Assembly (NCBI GenBank): GCA_964478335.1
Contig: CAYZIC010000003.1
Coordinates: 1 to 63,331 of the forward strand
Origin: an uncultured Lentisphaeraceae bacterium
Lineage (GTDB): Bacteria; Verrucomicrobiota; Kiritimatiellia; RFP12; DVOR01
Length of the DNA stretch: 63,331 nt
Direction: 5' to 3'
Below are positions 27,638-36,500 of the stretch, piece by piece (positions within the stretch are counted from its first letter, which is position 1; each line of letters starts with the position of its first letter). The notes beneath the pieces are model-generated. The model was not told the DNA's origin. It saw only the letters and a program-made list of their open reading frames with translations, and did not search any database. A program made the position numbers and the translations under genes.

Positions 27638-29050
27638 ATGTCCGCATCCTCCGCATCAAGCAATAAGCCTCAAGCAAACGATGCTCTCGCGCCAAAAACT
27701 AAAGGCCGTAGACCAAAGGCAATAGGTGGTAAAGCCACCCATGAATTCACCCCCACTAATGCCACGAAGTTTTTTGTACCCTTGGTGATCCAAACGGCCT
27801 CCCAATGCCTCACCTATCCCCTCGTAGGAGCGATTGTTGCCCACGGCATCCATGGCAAGCTCGAATTTGGAGCATTCTCCCAAGGCCTCATGGTGATGTT
27901 TTTGTTTGGATGCTTAGGTTATGGGCTAATCACCACAGGCATGGTATTTGCAAAGGACAAAGTCAGCTACGCACGATTTATTCGCGTCAACCATATTGTG
28001 ATGGGCTGTACAATCGCTCTGCAATGTATCTGCATGCTCCCACCGATATCAAATGTCCTCTTTAAGACGCTACTTGGATTATCGGGCTTTCAATTTGACA
28101 TTGCGCGCTACTCAATGTTCTCTGCGATTATTGCACAGATCGGATTTTTCATTCGTAATATTCCACAAGTCATTCTTTATAATGCCCACCAGACCTCTCG
28201 CGCAAACTTTGCGACGATTTTACGCATCATCATCACCGCACTCCTCTCGCCACTTTTTCTCACCCTTGGGCTATTTGGATGGCTCTGGGGCATCATCGCA
28301 CTGACGCTCCCTATCTTTCTTGAAATAGGGCTCATGTTTATCTTTGCCTGGCCCCATATCAAATCCCTCCCCACCTACACCTCAGAGACAAGAGAAGCCA
28401 GAATCTTGCGTCAATTTCTCTTTAACATCCCCCTCTCACTGGGAGGGCTACTCCTGGCAGCATCCAGTATCGTACTCAATGCCGTGATCAATCGCACCCC
28501 AGATGGTGCCAATATGCAAACGATTCACGTCATTGCCATGGGCATCATCAACCCGATCTCGCTTGGTGCACTGCGCACCCAAGCCGTCGCGATTGGCTTT
28601 CCACAATGCGGCAAACACGATCATCGTACCTTTTACTTTTCGCTCTATGCGGGGATCGTTCTTTGCGGAGTCATACTCCTGCTACAGCTCCCTCTCTTTA
28701 GCAACTGGTACTTCATTGATCTACAAAACTTGCTACCCAAAGACCTCCCCCTCGCCAAAGAGTCCCTACTGCTTGCAGCCATCATTCCCCTTTTGCAAAC
28801 CATACGCGGTCACGCAGAAGGTCTCGCCTCCTACCGTAAACGCCCCAACGCCGTGCTTGCAGGACAAGCAGCCTTTCTCTCGACCCTCGTTATTAGCCTG
28901 CTCATCTGCTTCGAGCTCAATGTACCAGGCTACAAAATGGGCGTTATATCACTCGCCATCTCCATGCTTGCAACGGGATTAACCGTTCGCCTCGGCCTTC
29001 TCCTTGCCCAATTTGAGCCACCATCCACACCTAACGGGATCCACCAATGA
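27638..29050 (+). CDS. polytopic membrane protein (possible MATE/MOP-superfamily transporter)
   Basis: 470 aa with about 12 hydrophobic segments after a basic N-terminal tail. No diagnostic motif was recognised. Confidence 0.4.
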   Translation: MSASSASSNKPQANDALAPKTKGRRPKAIGGKATHEFTPTNATKFFVPLVIQTASQCLTYPLVGAIVAHGIHGKLEFGAFSQGLMVMFLFGCLGYGLITTGMVFAKDKVSYARFIRVNHIVMGCTIALQCICMLPPISNVLFKTLLGLSGFQFDIARYSMFSAIIAQIGFFIRNIPQVILYNAHQTSRANFATILRIIITALLSPLFLTLGLFGWLWGIIALTLPIFLEIGLMFIFAWPHIKSLPTYTSETREARILRQFLFNIPLSLGGLLLAASSIVLNAVINRTPDGANMQTIHVIAMGIINPISLGALRTQAVAIGFPQCGKHDHRTFYFSLYAGIVLCGVILLLQLPLFSNWYFIDLQNLLPKDLPLAKESLLLAAIIPLLQTIRGHAEGLASYRKRPNAVLAGQAAFLSTLVISLLICFELNVPGYKMGVISLAISMLATGLTVRLGLLLAQFEPPSTPNGIHQ

Positions 29051-30204
29051 GCACCCGCATCGGCAGACTAGCCCCCAGCCCAACAGGCGCCCTACACCTA
29101 GGCAACATCCGCACCTTTATGATTGCCTGGCTACAAATGCGCGCCTGCGGCGGCCAAATCCGTATGCGCATCGAGGACCTCGACCACCCCAAACACAAAC
29201 CCGGAGCCACCGCAGCCCTGCTTGACGACCTCCAGTGGTTAGGCTTTGATTGGGATGGCCCCATTGTCACCCAGAGCCATCGCCACCCCCTCTATCAAAC
29301 CGCCCTCGAGCAGCTCATTCGTAATGAGCAGGTCTACCCTTGCATTTGTAGTCGTCGCGACATCCAACAAGCCGCCTCCGCCCCCCACGCAGGTGAAATC
29401 CTCCATTACCCAGGCACATGCCGCGGCCGCTTCACCAGCGGCGCAGCCGCCCTCAAGGCTATATCTGGCGGCGCAGCCGCCCCACATTCTACATTCGACA
29501 TTCCACATGCTAGCGGCTCCGCCGCTGTCGCGTGGCGATTCAAGATTCCCACCGGCAGCATCGCCAGCCTCATCGACCGCTTTGCAGGCCCCTATACAGA
29601 GGAGCCATCCACCAGCAGCGGCGACTTCGTCGTTGCCCGTGGCTACGCCCCACTAGAACAAGAGGCAAGCTACGCTTGCGCAACAAGCAAAGCAAGCGCA
29701 GCTTGCACGCAGTCAATGCCTGATGCTAGAGGCGGGGCACCTGCCTCTTATTGCGCAATGCCTGTTGCAGGCGGCTCTGCCGCTCCACATTCCACATTCC
29801 ACATTCCACATTCTAGTGGCTCCGCCGCTATCGCCTACACCCTCGCCGTAGTTCTAGACGATGCAGAGATGGGAGTCACCGATGTCGTACGAGGAGACGA
29901 TCTACTCGCAGCCACGCCCTCACAACTACACCTCTACCAAGCCTTTGGCAAGACACCCCCGACCTTTTGCCACGTGCCCCTCGTCATCGGTACCGACGGA
30001 CGCCGCCTTGCCAAACGCCACGGCGACACCCGCATCAGCACCTATCGCGCAGCCGGCATCACCCCAGAGCAAATCATTGGCACCCTCGCCCGCAGTTGCC
30101 GCTGGACAAACAGCCCCACCATGACACTCGGACAACTCATTCCCCACTTTGATTTAGCCACGATTCCCCATTCACCCCTCATTTGGCAGGAGACCCTCTT
30201 ATGA
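29047..30204 (+). CDS. gluQ: tRNA glutamyl-Q(34) synthetase (GluQRS) carrying repeat-derived in-frame insertions
   Basis: Class-I signature RLAPSPTGALHLGN, then ..AYTLAVVLDD.., ..VVRGDDLL.., ..RRLAKRHGD. It is 385 aa, against about 300 aa for the family. Confidence 0.8.
   Translation: MSTRIGRLAPSPTGALHLGNIRTFMIAWLQMRACGGQIRMRIEDLDHPKHKPGATAALLDDLQWLGFDWDGPIVTQSHRHPLYQTALEQLIRNEQVYPCICSRRDIQQAASAPHAGEILHYPGTCRGRFTSGAAALKAISGGAAAPHSTFDIPHASGSAAVAWRFKIPTGSIASLIDRFAGPYTEEPSTSSGDFVVARGYAPLEQEASYACATSKASAACTQSMPDARGGAPASYCAMPVAGGSAAPHSTFHIPHSSGSAAIAYTLAVVLDDAEMGVTDVVRGDDLLAATPSQLHLYQAFGKTPPTFCHVPLVIGTDGRRLAKRHGDTRISTYRAAGITPEQIIGTLARSCRWTNSPTMTLGQLIPHFDLATIPHSPLIWQETLL
29467..29526 (+). repeat. 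hairpin plus heptamer element, in-frame copy 1 in gluQ (60 nt)
   Basis: GGCGGCGCAGCCGCC, CACATTC TACATTC GACATTC CACAT, then the AGCGGC-TCC-GCCGCT hairpin. Translated as GGAAAPHSTFDIPHASGSAA. Confidence 0.8.
29770..29829 (+). repeat. hairpin plus heptamer element, in-frame copy 2 in gluQ (60 nt)
   Basis: GGCGGCTCTGCCGCT, four copies of CACATTC, then TAGTGGCTCCGCCGCT. Translated as GGSAAPHSTFHIPHSSGSAA. Confidence 0.8.
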
Positions 30205-31043
30205 GCAAACCATGCAAACAATGCCCTGTTGCCCTCACCATCGCAGGTAGCGACAGCGGCGGCAATGCCGGCATCCAAGCCGACCTACGAGCCTTTCACG
30301 TCTTTGGCGTGCACGGGTGCACCGCCATTACCGCACTCACCGCGCAAAACCCCACCAGCGTCAGCCACGTCCACCCCACGACCCCAGAGAACCTCACCGC
30401 ACAGCTCAGCCAAATTAGCGCAGCGTATAACGTTGGCGCCATCAAAACCGGCATGCTCGTCAACGCCTCACTCATTGAGGCCGTTCATCGCCATTTACAA
30501 GATAGCCCCATCCCCCTCATCATCGACCCCGTCATGATTGCCACCAGCGGTGCCAAGCTCATTGACGACGATGCCATTGCCGCACTCAAGGACCTCTTGC
30601 ACCACGCCACCCTCATCACGCCGAATATTCCAGAAGCCTACGCTCTCGCAGAGCGAACCACTCCAATTAACGATCAATTCAGCATGATTGATACCGCCCA
30701 CGGTCTAGCCCATAGCTATCAATGCGCCATTTTACTCAAAGGCGGCCACAGTGCAAGCCACCCCGCCCAAGACATCTTTTACGACGGCCACGCCACCTAC
30801 CTCATCCAAACCCCCACCGTGCACAACCCCATCAGCACCCACGGCACTGGGTGTAGCCTCAGCGCAGCCCTCGCAGCCGCCATCAGCCGAGATCCTACAG
30901 CCCCCCTCCTCGACGCCATCATCGCGGCCAAAGCCTACATTTATGCCGCCATCCAAGGAGGCGTCCGCATCGGTCCTCACGACGGCGTACTCGGCACCCC
31001 CACATCCATTGACACCAGCATCGTCTCCGTAGAGACGATCTAA
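30201..31043 (+). CDS. thiD: hydroxymethylpyrimidine/phosphomethylpyrimidine kinase
   Basis: ORF trimmed to the ATG at 30201, which overlaps the gluQ stop (ATGA). Contains ..ALTIAGSDSGGNAGIQADL.., ..IKTGML.., ..GTGCSLSAA. Confidence 0.9.
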   Translation: MSKPCKQCPVALTIAGSDSGGNAGIQADLRAFHVFGVHGCTAITALTAQNPTSVSHVHPTTPENLTAQLSQISAAYNVGAIKTGMLVNASLIEAVHRHLQDSPIPLIIDPVMIATSGAKLIDDDAIAALKDLLHHATLITPNIPEAYALAERTTPINDQFSMIDTAHGLAHSYQCAILLKGGHSASHPAQDIFYDGHATYLIQTPTVHNPISTHGTGCSLSAALAAAISRDPTAPLLDAIIAAKAYIYAAIQGGVRIGPHDGVLGTPTSIDTSIVSVETI

Positions 31044-31106
31044 CCCCTCTACACCGCAACTGTCCACTATTCACCCGATGCGTAGCCTCAAAAAAGGAAT
31101 CCCATC

Positions 31107-32479
31107 ATGCAAACATTTGATCTCATCATCATCGGCTGGGGCAAAGCCAGCAAAACCCTTGCCAGCCATGCCGCAGCTAACAACCTCCAAGTCGCCATGA
31201 TTGAAAAAGACCCCACCATGTATGGCGGAACCTGCGTCAATGTCGGCTGCATTCCCAGCAAATCACTCATCACCCAAGCCAGCAGAGCCCACTGGGCCAA
31301 TCTCACCACCTGGGCAGACAAAGAGGGAGCCTTTCAAGCAGCGATTGCCGAAAAACGCCGCCTCACGACCCTCCTACGTGGCAAAATGCACACCAAGCTC
31401 GCCACCGCAGATGGCGTTACGCTCTTTGACGGAATGGGTTCATTCACAGGGCCCAACCAAGTCACCGTCACCACCGCCGATGGCACCACGACCATCCTGA
31501 CCGCCCCACGGATTGTCATCAATACCGGCTCCACCCCCGTCATGCCCCCCATTCCAGGTTTGGCAGACAATCCCTACGTCCACACCAGCACCGGACTGCT
31601 CGACCTCGACACCCTACCCAAACGCCTCCTCATCATTGGCGGCGGCTACATTGGCCTCGAATTCGCCTCTCTCTATAGCCGCTTTGGTTCAGCAGTGACC
31701 GTCGTCGACCCCGGTGACACCTTCATCCCCCGCGAAGACCGCGACATCGCCCAAACGATAGCCAGCATCTTAGCCGACGCGGCGTCACCATTCGCCTCGA
31801 GACCCACTGCACCCAGATCACCCAGAGCGACAGCTGCGCCCAAGCCCGACTTGAGACCTCCAACGGGACAAGCGAAGTGTCCGATTACGATGCAGTCTTG
31901 GTCGCCACAGGCCGCCGCCCCAATACCGATGGGCTCAATGCCCAAGCAGCTGGGGTTGAGCTCACCGCACGAGGAGCCATTGTCGTCGACGACCTCTTAC
32001 GCACCTCCGCTCCTGGCGTTTGGGCTGCAGGCGACATCGCAGGTGGACACCAATTCACCTACATCTCCCTCGACGACTACCGCATCATTGCCCCCCAAAT
32101 CATCGGCCAAGAAAGTAACCGCACCACCCAAAACCGCACCCCAGTGCCCTACAACGTTTTCCTTGAGCCCTCCTTCGCCCGCGTCGGCCTCAACGAAACC
32201 GATGCCCGCAACCTGGGTCTCAATTACCGCATCGTCACCCTCCCCACTGCAGCTATTCCCAAAGCTCAAGTGTTGCGCGAGACAGCCGGCATGCTCAAAG
32301 CCCTCATCGACAACCAGACCAACGAAATCCTCGGCGCGATGCTGATTTGTCCCGATGCGCACGAATTGATCAATCTCATTGTTGATGCCATGGCCAACCA
32401 CGCCCCCTACACCAGCCTCCGCGACCGCATCTACACCCACCCCTCCATGAGCGAAGCCCTCAACGACCTCTTTGTCTAA
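31107..32479 (+). pseudogene. class-I pyridine nucleotide-disulfide oxidoreductase (RclA/Lpd-like), frameshifted near 31780
   Basis: The N-terminal frame has FDLIIIGWGKA.. and the redox disulfide GGTCVNVGCIPSK, readable up to ..ILADA. The sense sequence continues in the +2 frame from 31781 (GVTIRLETHC..DAVLVATGRRPNTDGL..GVWAAGDI..THPSMSEAL). The original frame runs on as P/S/T-rich nonsense to 32345. Confidence 0.7.
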
Positions 32480-32509
32480 TCTGAGCGCTAATCGGCCCAA
32501 TAACGAAAC

Positions 32510-32566
32510 CTACGCCATACACACATGACCGCTCGTACAACGAGCGATCATGTGTGTATGGCGTAG
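32510..32566. repeat. 57-nt perfect palindrome (19-bp arms plus an inner 5-bp hairpin)
   Basis: CTACGCCATACACACATGA (32510..32528) pairs with TCATGTGTGTATGGCGTAG (32548..32566). The centre is GCTCG-TACAA-CGAGC. It lies 31 nt after the stop at 32479 and has no U-tract. Confidence 0.8.
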
Positions 32567-32627
32567 ATTGTGGATGTTGGAGTTGAGAGGTTGCTGGGGC
32601 AAGAATTGCCAATAAGCGACAAAAAAA

Positions 32628-32856
32628 GGCTCTTGTTTGATTTTAGTGAGTCGAAAGTATAAAAGGTAGGAGTTCCAAGAGGCGGAGTCTCCTCACGGCT
32701 CCCAGCCGTAATCAGGCATAGCGCAGCGTCCCTTTGTGACATCTTTGTGAACCTTTTGTGGGAGAAAAAGCACCTCCATATGTAGCTTCCCAAAAAGATC
32801 CCGTATGACTCGACAAAGCCACAACAGCATTTGACCCATTAAATAGAAGAAGAGCC
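32628..32856. mobile_element. MITE-like element (229 bp), homologous to 7537..7755
   Basis: The left end GGCTCTTGTTTGATTTTAGTGAG pairs with the right end CCCATTAAATAGAAGAAGAGCC. The interior shares ..AAAAGGTAGGAG.., ..CGGCTCC.AGCCGTAATCAGGCAT.GCGCAGCGTCC.., ..GACTCGACAAAGCCACAA.. with the 7537 copy. Confidence 0.7.
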
Positions 32857-33181
32857 CAAAGAGGTGAAAATGAAACAGCAGAAATGTACCTAAAATGCTC
32901 AGAGAAAGCAAGCACTAACTTTAGAAGCTAGACTTAAACTTTCAGGACTTGTCTTAGAGTTCCTAAGAGGGAAGCCTAAGAAAGAGAAGAATGGTCATAG
33001 TCCATCTGTGGGAAGGTGTAATTCCTGGCCTAAGGACTCCTGCTTCCCTCACAGGGGGGATCTCTTATACAAAGAGGGCTATTTTATTATACAATAGCCT
33101 TTACGAAAGGCCCTAGAATGGAGATTGGGGAAGGAGCGGAGCCTCCTAGCTCGAGTCTAGAGTGCGAGTGCTAATGGTGGG

Positions 33182-33389
33182 GCGGCTGCGTCGCTGGATT
33201 TTGGGATTTGGGATTTACTCTCTGATAGCGGCCTGTGGCCTTTGAGGGCTCTCGCTGGTCGCTTGTGGTGGGACCCCCAACTCCTAACAGCTAAACCCTA
33301 ACTCCCGTAGAGATGACCTTGGCCCTCGCTACGACAGCTGCGATACTCCTGCTTCTTATCCTTTAGCCCCGCTAAAATCGCACAAGAGC
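33182..33389 (+). repeat. module B copy 2, ending in a TIR copy
   Basis: Aligns with 18603..18818 and ends CCCGCTAAAATCGCACAAGAGC (33368..33389). With the left TIR at 32628 this could be a 762-bp composite element. Confidence 0.7.
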
Positions 33390-33567
33390 GGCTCTTATCT
33401 CAAGCATCTCTCATACGGGTCTATTGTTGCCTCCTCTACCTAGGATCGGTCTAGATATGTTGCAATGGGCTTTTGGGCGACTTGTGGCGCTTTGGCTTGC
33501 GACTTGCGCCGTGGGGGGGCGTTTTTTTGGGGGAAGTGTCGACAACTGGTCTAATCTGGGTAGCTCT

Positions 33568-36500
33568 CTACCGAAGGTAGAGGCGGAGACCGGGTTGATA
33601 GAGGTCGTAGTTGGCGCGTAGCTCGAGAATTTGATTGCGGTCGCCTTTGACATCAAAGGTGACTGTGGGGCTAAAAATGTGGGGCAGGAGGTGGCTGGCG
33701 GTGCCTGACCACCGTCTAAAGCGTTGGCGGGAAAAGGTTGGGGCGGTGAGGGTGAGGAGGTCGCCTGCGTGCTTGGGGTGGTCGGTCTGGTGGTCAAGGG
33801 CTAGGAGGCGAATGGTCACGGGCCAGGTCTCGCGGGTGAGGGTCTTGGTGATGATGGGGGAATCGATGAAGTTGCGTTTTATGGCGATGGCGCATAGGGT
33901 GGCATCTTCTCTGAGGGGAATGGGGGCTGTGTAAATGGGGGATGCTCCTGTGGGGGTGCTGCCGTCTAGGGTATAGTGTAGGGTGGCGCCTTTTGTGGGG
34001 CTGGTCAGGACGATCATCATGGAGCCGGGGAAATAGGTGGCATCGCCCCACACGCCATCGACGATTGGTCGGCTACACTGTGGTCGGGCAAAGGGGGTGT
34101 AGGTGACGATGAGCGGAACGCTCTGGCTTTCGCCTTGTTTGGCAATAAGGGTGAGGGTATACGCTCGGTCTGTGGTCAGGGGGATGGGCTGGGTGTAGGG
34201 GAGCATTTTATCCTCTCCTTGGATGGTATAGAGGACCTGCGCATCGGGTGTATCTGTGGGTGGGGTGATGGTCAACTCAAATGGGTCTATGAAAAAGCCT
34301 GGGCTATGGCTGAGCTGGGGTTGACCAAGGGGCATGGTCTTGGGGCTGGTGAGTGTCAAGGTGGGCAATCCCTCTGTGGGATGGCTCCCCCACCCTGCTT
34401 GGCCAGCTTGAAGGTCGGTGAGTACTTGGGGGGCTTTGAGCGCGGCTAGGGTCTGCATCTGCAGGTCGGCGGCGTTGGTCGTGGTGGCGGTTTGTTCGAG
34501 GAGATAAACGGATTGTGCTTGGGCGAGGCTGAGGGTGCCGATAGCGGTGCCATACACTAAGCCGCAACCTTGGCCATCTGCGTTGGTAAAGGTTGGGGCG
34601 ATGAGGGCGCGGGTTAAGGAAAAGGTTTTAGCGTCGGGGCCGGGTTCGAAGGTGCCGATGATGCCGCCTGCGGCGACTCCGTCGCCTGAGCTACGAATAA
34701 TGGTGCGAATGTCGAGGTCGGTCAGGGGGACATTGCCGATGAGGGTACCAATGGCGCCGCCGAGTGTGAGCTGGCCTGTGCTGGCATTCTCTCCGCTCAG
34801 GGTGGTCGTGTGGCTGGCGCAGTGGGTGACGCTGGGGACGAGCTCGCTGCGCTCGCTGGAATGTAGAATGTTGAATGTAGAATGTGAGGCTGGGTCGCTT
34901 AGGGTCGCATCTGCTCGGCCAACGAGGGCGCCGAGGGTGTAGGGGCGAAAGGCGGAACTGGTGGAGGATTTGTTGGCAAGCTTGAGGTCGCTGACGCTGC
35001 TTTGCTCAAGGGTGCCATAGAGGGCGCCGACAAGGCCGCCGAGGGTGCCATTCCCATGAATGGTGCCACCTTGCACGTGGAGGTTGTGGAGGTGACCAAA
35101 GCTACTCCCTGCAAAGGCGCCGATTGTGCGATTGGCTTCTCCGCCGTCAAGGGTGGGATTGACGAGGGTGAGGTCTTTGACATGGGCTGATGCGGTGAGG
35201 GTGGCGAAGAGGCCGAGCATGGTATTGTTTGCGAGAAACGCATGATCTTTGGCGGGCAATTCTGTGGGGAGTGCGTGGCGTAGGCGCAGGTTATACCAGG
35301 TGTGATGGCCGCCATCGAGGGTGCCGCTAAAGGGGCGCATCTTGCCGTCGGGGAGGCTTTGGGTAGTGTCGAGGCCAATGGTTGGTTGGGCGGGGCTATT
35401 GGCGAAGTCAAGATCGCGGTCAACGTGAATGGTCTTGCCGGTAAAGGCGTTGCCGCGGTTGACGAGTTGGGCGAGGACGTAGAGGTCTGTGGGGGTGGAG
35501 AGGGTGTAGGGGGAATCAACGCTGCCAGTGCCGCGCTGCACCCAATAGGAGGCGGTGACGGATTGGGAGGCGCTCCAGCCGTCTCTAAAGGCTCGTGCGC
35601 GTAGGGTGGCGGATTGGGTGAGGCGGATGGGGCGGGTGTATTCGAGCGAGGTCGCGGGGGTGGGTTCGCTGCCGTCGAGGGTATAATAGATGGTGGCCTC
35701 GGGTGTGGTGCAGCTCATGGAGATTTCAGGCGTTTGGCCTTGGAAAATGCCGCCTTGGTGGGAGAGGGTTGCGGGGGCGACGAGGTGGGCGATTTGAACG
35801 TCATCGAGCCAGAGTGCGCCCTCGGTATCATTTGCGTGGGCGGCTTTGTCGAGGACCCAACGCAGGGTGTAGCGGCCGCTTTTCTCAATAGCGTGGGTGA
35901 CGGTCTCCCAGTCATCGGTGGTTTGGGTGAGGGTGGTGAGGGGTTCACCAAAGGCACTGGGCTGGGTGCCGTGGGGTTGCTTGACGACATAAAATGCGCC
36001 GCGGGCTTGCTCGGTCAGGCCATTGCCTCGCCAGCGGAAACGAATTGTCGCGGGGGTTTCGATCTCGGTGTCGAGGAGGGAACGTTCTAGCGCGGAGACT
36101 TCTCCCGCTTGGGCGGCCCATCCGCCAGTGGCGGATGGATCCTCAACCGGTCGCCAGGCGTAGGTGTCTTTGATGGTGAGGTTGGGGGTGTCGATTGCGT
36201 GAAGGAGTGTGGGCAGGGGTTTGGTGGGGGCTGTGACCTCAAAGGCAGGTGACTGCGCCATAAAGGCTGTGTCAAAGATGTCAAAGGCGTGGATGAACCA
36301 TTTGCTGCCGACAAAAGATTCTGGGAGGGTAATGGTGAAGGTGCGATTGGCGATGTCGGTGCTGCCATCGATGTCGCCATCGAGCCAGATCTGTTTGATC
36401 TCGTAGGATTCGGAGAGGTCCTCTTTAGCTAAAAAGAAGTAGTAGAGGTCGGACATCGGTAAGAAGTGCTTGACGCGGATCGGTTCGCCAGCTACATAAC

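Noticed and set aside
31790-32345. P/S/T/A-rich C-terminal half of the 412-aa ORF 31107..32345
   Set aside because: It is an out-of-frame read-through after the frameshift at about 31780. The +2 frame over the same DNA encodes the expected flavoprotein sequence, so the low-complexity tail is not a real domain.
32871-32894. 7-codon micro-ORF MKQQKCT with a GAGGTG RBS-like sequence inside the AT-rich repeat cargo
   Set aside because: It is too short and occurs in a single copy, with no conservation evidence available in the window.
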